DNA of 64,000 bases from Gammaproteobacteria bacterium (lineage in GTDB: Bacteria; Pseudomonadota; Gammaproteobacteria; Burkholderiales; Gallionellaceae), in the NCBI GenBank assembly GCA_018820925.1, contig JAHJNJ010000017.1:8064-72063 (forward strand). Direction: 5' to 3'. Shown piece after piece: positions 11,172 through 19,631 of the stretch (within the stretch, counting starts at the first letter, position 1; the number at the start of each line of letters is the position of its first letter). A program made the position numbers and the translations under genes. The notes beneath the pieces are model-generated. The model was not told where the DNA came from and did not search any database. It was given only the letters and a program-made list of their open reading frames with translations.

Positions 11172-11903
11172 TTAGGGCATCCTCGGCCGTGCCGTCCCAC
11201 TCTGCCGCACCGAATTACGTAGCGCACGCAGCACGTTTTCGATGGTGCGTATCTGCATCTTGCGTACCGGCGAAGGCGGGCTTTTCTCATCCGGGATTTC
11301 GGTGCCATAGCCCGGCTTGTCGATGACCACGCTGCCGAATTCATTGGAAACCACGATGGAAGTCTGCTTGCCCGCTTCTTCCGGTTCCAGCAACACGATT
11401 TTGGCGGAAGCATCCACCGTCTTCCCGTCTATTTCCTGGCGGTCGGTCACTTCGCCTTCGACCTGGGTGCCGCGAATGCCGATCGTGGCCACCCTCGCCC
11501 GCACCGTCATTTCGCGTCCCTTGGTATGCGCGATCAGGCCGGACACGAAACGGAAAACACCCTTGATGATCCTGGAATGAAAGGCATCCTCTTCCGCACC
11601 TTTGGTGTATTTGAATTTATCAATCACAAACTCGGTATTCGGCCCCAGGGCGAAACGCGACTCATCGGTGAACTGGATGTGAACACTGGTGTTCTTGTCA
11701 GTCGAGATATGTTCCCCGGAATACACGGCATCGCCCACACTGAGCTTGCGCGAAGTACCGTCGGGCTGCCGGGCTTCGGCAACATCCCCGGTCATCTTCG
11801 ACACTTCCCCCGCAGAAGGCGGGCCCGCCATGGCCGAAGCCATCACCGGCGATAAAAGCACGCCCAAAAAAATCAAACCTGTCATCCAATTTTGATATTT
11901 CAT
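11172..11903 (-). CDS. FecR-domain exported protein
   Basis: Signal peptide; RKLSVGDAVYSGE, F.D.S...LGPNT, ATIGIRGT typical of FecR domains. Confidence 0.8.
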   Translation of the reverse strand: MKYQNWMTGLIFLGVLLSPVMASAMAGPPSAGEVSKMTGDVAEARQPDGTSRKLSVGDAVYSGEHISTDKNTSVHIQFTDESRFALGPNTEFVIDKFKYTKGAEEDAFHSRIIKGVFRFVSGLIAHTKGREMTVRARVATIGIRGTQVEGEVTDRQEIDGKTVDASAKIVLLEPEEAGKQTSIVVSNEFGSVVIDKPGYGTEIPDEKSPPSPVRKMQIRTIENVLRALRNSVRQSGTARPRMP

Positions 11904-11977
11904 TTTCTATCTCCTTTGGTGCTGATTGATGCGACGCATGAGGGCTATGTGATGAAACCAGTGCTGTTGCAGCCTAA

Positions 11978-12187
11978 AGCCCCTCACCCTAACCCCCTCC
12001 CGCCTGCGGGAGAGGGAATTGATATGTTTAATCTCTTCGGGAAAAATTCCCCGCTGCTTGCAGCGCCAGATTTTGTAGGATGGGTTGAGCGCAGCGATAC
12101 CCATCAAATTCCGGGTGGCCAACAAATGATGGGTATCGCTGCGCTCAACCCATCCTACACAAGCAATACCACGCAGCTTGCTGCGGG
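11978..12187. repeat. Nested repeat mosaic: CCCTC-type hairpin, two CGC(T/A)GCTTGC(A/T)GCG hairpins, perfect 31-bp inverted GTAGGATGGG REP doublet
   Basis: ccctcaccctaacccctcccgcctgcgggagaggg near 11980; GTAGGATGGGTTGAGCGCAGCGATACCCATC 12075-12105 and its exact inverse 12128-12158. Confidence 0.75.
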
Positions 12188-12210
12188 GTACTTTATTACT
12201 CAGTGCCCCC

Positions 12211-15200
12211 TCACTTCTTAATATCCACCGCCAAACGCGCCGTCCCCAGGCTGCTGCTGGGCAACAATGTACTACCTTTGGCGGGAAGGTAGCGCGCCCC
12301 GACCAATTGTTTCTCAACCTTGAGGCTCTCCACTTTCCACCTGGCCTGGCCTCTCGAATCCAGCTTGACCGGTCGTCCGACCCGTTTGCCGTTAAGCGTG
12401 AACTGCACGGTTCCCGTCGGGACAACTTTTCTGGCGACGTCCATCCGGGTGATCGCGGCGTGTCGCACCACTGTCGCGGTAAACGTGACCGTCTTCTTGT
12501 CCCTGGAAATACCCCTGTCGTCGCGCAATACGATTGCGGTCAACCCGGTGCGTACCTTCTGGGTGAGCGCATGGCCCTTGGCAAGGTTGGCATTCCCCAT
12601 GACTCTTACGTCGAACACACAGTCTGCCTTCTCGTTCTTGCCCGCGACACCGCGACAGGCAAGCTGCGCAGCCTTGAGCCCGAGCGGCTTGGCAACCGGC
12701 CCGCTACCCGTGGCATACGGCCCGTTCTCCGTCGGCCATGCCTTGTTGGTAAAGCTCACTGTCGAAGTACCCTCGGCATAATCGAACAGGCTGGTCTCCT
12801 TGTTCACGCGCCAGGAATCGGCAAACTTCACATACAGCTCGACATAGCGGTCATGCGGTGCGGCGGGCATCATTCCCAGCGCCGAACCATTCGCCAGCCT
12901 GGGCAGCCAGCTTCCCTTGCCGCGCGCCCCCATGATGCCTTCGTAGGCAGATGTGTGGAACACATTGATATGCAGCCACCACGCGCCGTAGAAAGGCCAC
13001 GAACTGGTGTTGACCATCAGCGTGGTCTGATCCGGGAAGTCGATCTGAATGCCGCTGGCCTGCGCCATCACCCGGCCGCCATCGCCAAGATCGATGCCGT
13101 CAACAGGCAATGTGGTCGGCACGCCGTCCACGCGCAATACGAACGTACCGCCCGCCGCATTGGGACTGGTATCCGGCTGATAGGTCACGCGATGCTTGCC
13201 TACTCGTGCCGCGACCGCAGTATTGACACTCGCCCCGCTGGTCAGACCGGTATAGGCATCGGGGAGCGGCGGCGCGGTGGGAACTGCGGCCATGCGCAGT
13301 TGAATCTCCATACCCTTGGCACCGCGCAAGGCCACGAACTCGCCCGCGCCCTGGAAGTCGTAGTGCAGACCGTCAACGGTGGTGATGTGCGGGTCACCCA
13401 CGGCAGTTGCATCAGTGGCGCTGCAAACGCTTTCCGGGGTGCCGCCACCATCCGTGTAGGACACGCACACGCTCATGAATTGGCCGATATCGGCTGCAGC
13501 CAGGACATAAGTGTCACTGTTCCCGCCCACCGGTGCGCCAGTGGCCTGCCACTCATAGCTGAAAGCACCCAAACCATCCGCATCAAAAATCGGGTTGGGT
13601 AAAGTGGCCGTAAGCGTATTGGCCGTGAGCGTCTGGCCCACCGTCCTTGTGCCGCTGATGAACGGCAGCCCGGTCGGTGCATCGTTCATCGGCGCCACAT
13701 TCACCGTCACCGTCGCCACGTTCGAAGTCAGGCCCCCATCTGTCGCCTGGTAGGTGAAATTCGCCGTACCGTTAAAGTTCGTGTTCGGCGTAAAGGTCAC
13801 CGTACCACCGCCGTTCAGCACTACCGTGCCGCCCACGCCATTTGTCACGCTGGCAACCGAGAGCGTCGTGCCCGCATCCACATCCGTATCGTTACCCAGC
13901 AATTGTGCCGCCGTATAAGTCACCGGCATGTCCTCGGTTGCAGCAAGCGTGTCGTTATTCGCCACTGGCGCATGCGGCACCGCCGCCGACACATTCACCG
14001 TCACCGTCGCCACGTTCGACGGCAAGCTGCCGTCCGTTGCCGTGTAAGTGAAGTTCGCCGTGCCGCTAAAACCGGCTGTCGGCGTAAAAGTCACCGTGCC
14101 ATCACCGTTCAGCACCACTGTTCCGTTGGCACCGCTTGTCACGCTGGAGATCGTAAGCGTCGTGCCCGCATCCACATCCGTATCGTTACCCAGCAATTGC
14201 GCCGCCGTGTAGGTCGCCGGCGTATCCTGAGCCGCCGCAAGCGTATCGTTATTCGCCACCGGCGCTTCGTTCACGTTCGTGATCGCCAGCGAGAAAGCCT
14301 GGGAGGCATCCGGTGTCGCCCCGACACTCACATCATCGACGCTGACCGTGACGCTATAGCTGTTCTTGACCTCGTAATTGGCACTGCCGGAGAAATACAA
14401 CTCGTTGCCGGCAATATTGAATGACCCCGCATCCGCCCCCGACAAGGCCAGCAGGTTTGTCCCCAGTCCGTCATCGGTGACCACAATATCCGCCACCTTG
14501 ATATTGCCGCCGTTTTCGGGTGTAGCGGGAACCGTGTTCGACAGCACCAGCGCTGTCGGCGGATCGTTCACGTTGATCACGTTCACCGTCAAAGGCTGAT
14601 CAAATGCCGCCCCAAAAAAATCCGTCACACGGACAGTCACGGCATAGCTCGGTTTCGTTAGATAGTTCAAAACACCGGCATTGATACGCAGTGTATTGGT
14701 TGCGGAATTGATACTGAAAACTGCCGAGTCGGCCCCACCATTGATGCTGAAAGTATACTTGTCGCACGTATCGGTATCGATTGCACTCAACGTGCCAACG
14801 TCATAACCGCCGCTCGTATTGATATGCTCGTTGAGGCTGCTGCTGGAAAGAGTGACGCCTGTCGGCACTTGATTGCGTTGCATCATTGCGCGATAGATGT
14901 CGAGACGCGGCGCGCTACTTCCATCAGGGAATGGCACCGTAACATTTGCGCTGGTGCGCAAGGTGGATTCGATTTGGTCGAGTGGGACGCCGCAGGAATT
15001 CAGGATTGCAGCTGCACCAGCGATCATGGGCGAAGCTAACGAAGTACCGCTTGGACTGCTATAGCCTCCACCCACAGCAGTCGTGCGAATAACTGATCCT
15101 GGGGCAACCATATCTACCCAAGCTCCATAATTGCTGTCGCTACAACGTTGATCCAGCGCAACCGAGCCACAAGCTGGATCAACCACTGATGCACTATTTG

Positions 15201-16923
15201 CAACGGTAATAAACAACGCCTTGTTTGTCAGGGCAGCATGCTCAGGCCGTACAGAGTCGTTGCATCGCGCAGGGTAATAGAAACTATTTACGTTATTGTT
15301 TCCAGCACCATTTACAGCAACAGCAATAGGTACACCTGCATTAAGCACTGCAGAATTAACTGCAGAACAAAGAGGAGTGACATCTACCAGCCCCCCCCAA
15401 GGCCCCCCGATAAAGCTGGCATTTATGACAGAGGCAAGCCCATAAGCTGCAGAATCGGTAAAACCTTGCGTCATTTCTGCAAAAGTAATCACGGCATCTG
15501 CACTCACCTGTATGGATTTGATCTTACTCCCGTACGAAACTCCAGCCACCCCCAAAGCATTGTCTGTCTTTGCCGCAACGACTCCAGCGACCTGAGTGCC
15601 GTGCCCAACAATGTCGGTATTGGCTGAACCACAGTCGTTATCTACCAACTGACAGTTGCCTACAATACCGAAATCAGGATGAGTGCGGTCCAGTCCTGTA
15701 TCCAACACAGTCATAGTCACACCAACACCCGTCGCCCCGATATCCCAAACATCCTGCGCTCTCACGCGCTGCAAACCATGCTGGCTCGCATATTCAGTGT
15801 CGGAGGGCGTGAACACATAAGCACCAATCGCGTTAACCGATACGGACTTCACCTCGGATCGCTTATTCAATTCATCAATCAATGACAACAATCGAGAAGA
15901 GTTCGCAGGTTCGGGAAGCCGCAATTGATACAAGTTCAAAGGCAGAATGCTGCCGACAACTTTTGCATTGATATCTGCCGCCAACATTAGTATCGATTTC
16001 GAATTGACCCCAGGTGCCACCGTGATTAGCAGTTCATCCGCAACCGCTTTAGTGCCACCCGATAAAACCACAGGCTTGGATATATTCGAAGCTGCCGCGC
16101 GCACCGGAAATGCACTTACACATAACTTGAGTGGCGAGGAAACCACTTCGGTGCGTCCTTTATGAATTACCGCCTCATAACTCAAACACGAATCCGGTTT
16201 CAACAGGCCCGTATCGACGACAACATTCACACCATAGATCCCATCCTTGGCAATCAAGTCGCCCTCTTTGCCGAGGTCGTTCATAGCAATCAATTTACGG
16301 CCAGCGCCACTACGCAGATAGACTTCATTTGACGTACCAAACTTCCCTGCAGTCCTGACGCTGAACCGGACTTTAGCTTTGCCGCTATCCGCTTTCAACG
16401 CATAGGGTTCTGCTCGCGGCTCCAGCGGAGCCAGCTCAACACCTGCACTCACATGGGAAGCGGATGCAAAAGGCGATCTCACCGTATTAACCCGAATCGC
16501 TTTTGTGGTAACCGTTTGTCTGACTTTTTCAACTGCATAATCCACCCGAACCGCCTTGGTCATGCCGCCAGCTACCAACCTCTCTTTAGGTAATGCAAAT
16601 TCAAAGTAAGGCTGCCCATCCTTACCTATCCCTTGTGCATTCAGGACGCGCACAGTCTTGAGTGCATCCTGATCAATCGACAGTCGCAAAGGAGAAAGAA
16701 GCGCAGCTCCAGAGCGGTTCCTAACGCGCACCAGGGTGGAATAGATACCTTTTTTTGCATCAAACTGAACCTTGGAAAAGGTGACCGTCACGCGGTGATC
16801 GACACTGACAACAACAGGCGTCTCAGCGGCCATCACCTGGAACGAGAACAAAGATAGAACAAGCACCCCCAACAGTCGGTGGAATCGCTGCATTATGTTG
16901 GTTGTTGTTAAACATGCATTCAT
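12211..16923 (-). CDS. Large secreted S8 subtilase with cadherin/Ig repeats, VWD-like domain and C-terminal Ig-like domain
   Basis: GGAGG RBS before ATG 16923; triad VLDTG / GHGTQVAG / GTSLASPMIAGAAA; APVANNDTL repeats; GDPHITTVDGLHYDFQGAGEF; no C-terminal TM. Confidence 0.85.
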   Translation of the reverse strand: MNACLTTTNIMQRFHRLLGVLVLSLFSFQVMAAETPVVVSVDHRVTVTFSKVQFDAKKGIYSTLVRVRNRSGAALLSPLRLSIDQDALKTVRVLNAQGIGKDGQPYFEFALPKERLVAGGMTKAVRVDYAVEKVRQTVTTKAIRVNTVRSPFASASHVSAGVELAPLEPRAEPYALKADSGKAKVRFSVRTAGKFGTSNEVYLRSGAGRKLIAMNDLGKEGDLIAKDGIYGVNVVVDTGLLKPDSCLSYEAVIHKGRTEVVSSPLKLCVSAFPVRAAASNISKPVVLSGGTKAVADELLITVAPGVNSKSILMLAADINAKVVGSILPLNLYQLRLPEPANSSRLLSLIDELNKRSEVKSVSVNAIGAYVFTPSDTEYASQHGLQRVRAQDVWDIGATGVGVTMTVLDTGLDRTHPDFGIVGNCQLVDNDCGSANTDIVGHGTQVAGVVAAKTDNALGVAGVSYGSKIKSIQVSADAVITFAEMTQGFTDSAAYGLASVINASFIGGPWGGLVDVTPLCSAVNSAVLNAGVPIAVAVNGAGNNNVNSFYYPARCNDSVRPEHAALTNKALFITVANSASVVDPACGSVALDQRCSDSNYGAWVDMVAPGSVIRTTAVGGGYSSPSGTSLASPMIAGAAAILNSCGVPLDQIESTLRTSANVTVPFPDGSSAPRLDIYRAMMQRNQVPTGVTLSSSSLNEHINTSGGYDVGTLSAIDTDTCDKYTFSINGGADSAVFSINSATNTLRINAGVLNYLTKPSYAVTVRVTDFFGAAFDQPLTVNVINVNDPPTALVLSNTVPATPENGGNIKVADIVVTDDGLGTNLLALSGADAGSFNIAGNELYFSGSANYEVKNSYSVTVSVDDVSVGATPDASQAFSLAITNVNEAPVANNDTLAAAQDTPATYTAAQLLGNDTDVDAGTTLTISSVTSGANGTVVLNGDGTVTFTPTAGFSGTANFTYTATDGSLPSNVATVTVNVSAAVPHAPVANNDTLAATEDMPVTYTAAQLLGNDTDVDAGTTLSVASVTNGVGGTVVLNGGGTVTFTPNTNFNGTANFTYQATDGGLTSNVATVTVNVAPMNDAPTGLPFISGTRTVGQTLTANTLTATLPNPIFDADGLGAFSYEWQATGAPVGGNSDTYVLAAADIGQFMSVCVSYTDGGGTPESVCSATDATAVGDPHITTVDGLHYDFQGAGEFVALRGAKGMEIQLRMAAVPTAPPLPDAYTGLTSGASVNTAVAARVGKHRVTYQPDTSPNAAGGTFVLRVDGVPTTLPVDGIDLGDGGRVMAQASGIQIDFPDQTTLMVNTSSWPFYGAWWLHINVFHTSAYEGIMGARGKGSWLPRLANGSALGMMPAAPHDRYVELYVKFADSWRVNKETSLFDYAEGTSTVSFTNKAWPTENGPYATGSGPVAKPLGLKAAQLACRGVAGKNEKADCVFDVRVMGNANLAKGHALTQKVRTGLTAIVLRDDRGISRDKKTVTFTATVVRHAAITRMDVARKVVPTGTVQFTLNGKRVGRPVKLDSRGQARWKVESLKVEKQLVGARYLPAKGSTLLPSSSLGTARLAVDIKK
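13697..14284 (-). repeat. Two tandem 294-bp intragenic repeats (98-aa cadherin-like/Ig units)
   Basis: acattcaccgtcaccgtcgccacgttcga at 13697 and 13991; long shared stretches such as gtgcccgcatccacatccgtatcgttacccagcaattg. Confidence 0.85.
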
Positions 16924-16975
16924 CACTGCCTCCAGGATTGAAAAGTGCTGCTTATTGATGAGAACCTCTCGCATT

Positions 16976-17043
16976 GTCATGCCGAACTTGATCCGGCATC
17001 CAGTTGTTTTATTCAACCAGATTCCAGCCTCCGCCGGAATGAC
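16976..17043. repeat. GTCAT-type REP-like inverted pair
   Basis: GTCATGCCGAACTTGATCCGGCATCCAG at 16976-17003 facing the inverse of GTCATTCCGGCGGAGGCTGGAATCTGG at 17017-17043. Confidence 0.65.
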
Positions 17044-17059
17044 AAAATTTGTTTTTTCC

Positions 17060-17875
17060 CTAATCCGCCGCCAATCCCCCAAGTATTTCCCCCCAAACAT
17101 CTTGCCAACAGCAACTGTGATCCTGCTTCGGGAATACCTTGAACGTTGCCCCTTGCTGCCGCACAAGCGCATCACGCACCAGCATCGGCGGCACGTTGTC
17201 ATCCAGTGCACCAGCAAAATGCATCTGCCTGATACGCGGTAGCAATGGCGGACGGGTTGCGGGGTTAAGCGAACCTGTCAGCGGCTGTTGCTTGTGCAAT
17301 GCTGCCCAGCGCTCCGTATCCAGGTTAGCGGCAATAGTGATGACTGTTTGGGTTTTCGGCTGCCGTGCTGCAATCAGCATTGCCAGTGCGCCGCCTCCGC
17401 TATAACCCAAGATATCCAGTGCCTGATAATCCACCGACAACCGATCCAGCGCTGCGGACATGCTGGCCACGACGGCCTCCGAATAACGACGATTCGTCCA
17501 CATGTCGGGCGTGCAGCCCTTTGCAGTATTCAGTCCGTGATAACAGGGCCGCCCCAGATAGAGGCTGGGCGATGGATCGAGCAGCATGAGTTCCAGCATC
17601 AGTGGCGTACGCGGTGTAGGATCAGCGGCCGCTACCCGCCTATGCACCCAGGGTGTGCCGTCGCCTTCCAGATAAACATGCAATGCCGAATGCGGCGTTG
17701 CGCTGCCATTCTTGATATACGCGACATGGCTGAAACCATCTCCCCTCACCACTACTCTCCGGTAACCCAGAGCAGCCGCTCGATCATCAATGCGCTGGGA
17801 TGGATTGGCGCAACCTGATATTTGTGCAGCAACGAGCAGCAACAATAGCAGCCTCATTGCACATGCTGTTTTCAT
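17060..17875 (-). CDS. Alpha/beta hydrolase lipoprotein
   Basis: Lipobox ISGC; HVYLEGDG oxyanion region; GYSGGG nucleophile elbow; putative Asp (GALDDNV) and His (QDHSCC). Confidence 0.8.
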   Translation of the reverse strand: MKTACAMRLLLLLLVAAQISGCANPSQRIDDRAAALGYRRVVVRGDGFSHVAYIKNGSATPHSALHVYLEGDGTPWVHRRVAAADPTPRTPLMLELMLLDPSPSLYLGRPCYHGLNTAKGCTPDMWTNRRYSEAVVASMSAALDRLSVDYQALDILGYSGGGALAMLIAARQPKTQTVITIAANLDTERWAALHKQQPLTGSLNPATRPPLLPRIRQMHFAGALDDNVPPMLVRDALVRQQGATFKVFPKQDHSCCWQDVWGEILGGLAAD

Positions 17876-18081
17876 CGATATCACTGCGAATAAAGTAAGG
17901 ATTGAATAATCGACGCATGATTCGACGTGTTTCCGTTCGCCCTGATAGCCACCAACTTGTAACCAACGACTTGGGTGGCCTTGTATACCAGCTTAGTCGT
18001 GCGGCTAGTAGTTCCGCCAGTACCGCGCACGATACGGTGGATCAAAGGGGTGAATGTGAAACACTACTCGGCTCGTATTGT

Positions 18082-19293
18082 TCAGAACTCCATCAACGCG
18101 CCGAGGCTGACCGCCCAGCTACTTAACAGTTTGTCCTGTGCGCGTCTATCATAATCAAGGAACAGTTGGGTGCCGCCATTGAGCGCTGCTGATACTCCCA
18201 AACCCAGATCTAAATAGTTACGGTCTGGAGCATCCGTTGTCACAGTGAAACCATAGCCGGGAGTGCCAACCAATTCATTGGTGATCTGCTTAGAATTATT
18301 TTGAAACTCATGCACTGTGGCCAAACGTGCTGTTGGATTCAAGGTACCCCAGTCGTAACCATAAGAGGTACTCAATCGCGCCCCAAGACTTGTTGTCATT
18401 GAGATTGTGCTTCGATCGAAGTAGTGCATCTCGAGAGACGTCGTACCGCTCTCGCGGTACCCATCAATAAACGTCTTAATGTAATCCAGATTAATAAAGG
18501 GAGACAGATTTAAACGACCTACATCTTTTTGGTAACTGGTTGAGATGCCAGCCATGACCTGATGTCCGTTAGTTGTACCGCTGGTCGTGCCGGATATAAG
18601 GCCAAACTCAACATGACGATTGCTATCGAAGTTAAGTTTCCCATAACCCAAGTAACCATCGACTGAGACGCTCTCCGATGGCAACCAAGTGCTATACATT
18701 GTTAATGCATTACTGCTAGTTTTGATAAAACCGGCACTGTTGAGAAAAGTAGCATTATCTTTTGTATAACCGAGGGTCGCACCGAATACAAAACTATTCG
18801 AATATCTGTAATCCAGTCCTGCAACCAACCCTATTAATTTAGATTGATAGCCATTCTCGAGGTCGGTCTCGTTGCGGTTGCTATTGCCGAACTGAGGTGT
18901 CAGCAAAAAACCCCACGAACTTCCATCGGCACTGGCACCCTTTTCAGTTTCTTCTTTCTGTTCATCCCGAAGCTCACGAATCCCTTTGTTTTTTCTAGAA
19001 GCACTCCCGCTGGCTGCATTGACACTAAGGTTAGTAGAAACTGTCACGGCAGCCGTTCCAGAAATCGGTTGACCTGCAAATGCATCCAAACAGTTCTGAC
19101 CAGTTAATGTCCATCCAGGAGGGACGGGATAAGCGGTGCAAATATTGACTAGGTATTGCTTGAACTGAGTATCTGCAGAATTTGCCATAACTTGGTTCGG
19201 AAATAGCCAAAACCCCAATGACAAAACAATAACACCAGATTTACTGGCAAACGCGCAACGACCCACTTTGGACTTGATTACTCCCATATTCAT
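18082..19293 (-). CDS. Autotransporter-type outer-membrane beta-barrel with very short passenger
   Basis: Signal peptide, about 85-aa segment with two Cys, then amphipathic strands (GLVAGLDYRY, SLGARLS, LDLGLGVSA), terminal Phe. Confidence 0.8.
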   Translation of the reverse strand: MNMGVIKSKVGRCAFASKSGVIVLSLGFWLFPNQVMANSADTQFKQYLVNICTAYPVPPGWTLTGQNCLDAFAGQPISGTAAVTVSTNLSVNAASGSASRKNKGIRELRDEQKEETEKGASADGSSWGFLLTPQFGNSNRNETDLENGYQSKLIGLVAGLDYRYSNSFVFGATLGYTKDNATFLNSAGFIKTSSNALTMYSTWLPSESVSVDGYLGYGKLNFDSNRHVEFGLISGTTSGTTNGHQVMAGISTSYQKDVGRLNLSPFINLDYIKTFIDGYRESGTTSLEMHYFDRSTISMTTSLGARLSTSYGYDWGTLNPTARLATVHEFQNNSKQITNELVGTPGYGFTVTTDAPDRNYLDLGLGVSAALNGGTQLFLDYDRRAQDKLLSSWAVSLGALMEF

Positions 19294-19383
19294 ATCTCCC
19301 CCCGGATTAATTGCCTATGAACTAAATGCCACCTCGAAAAAAAACCTGCAATCCATAGCGACTTTGAATTGAATCTCCCCCTA

Positions 19384-19413
19384 AGTCAATATGACTATAT
19401 ACCTGACAGGTAT
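19384..19413. promoter_or_regulatory. Two adjacent palindromes in divergent promoter region
   Basis: AGTCA-ATA-TGACT (19384-19396) and ATACCTG-A-CAGGTAT (19399-19413). Confidence 0.4.
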
Positions 19414-19631
19414 TATCTGGATTCGCCACATCACCTGCTTATGGTTTTCGGTCAGTGATATAGCTGTCATGCATAGATCACGATTCGCTCCATATATGTC
19501 CCCAAAGCCGTACCTCATATCGCTCCCGGGAAACTAAAGACCGGAATATATAGGCCATCAAAACCCTTTCCCTGCCATAGCTTTTCAAACTACTATCGCG
19601 GTCGACTTTTCACAGTAACGGGAAAACCAGC

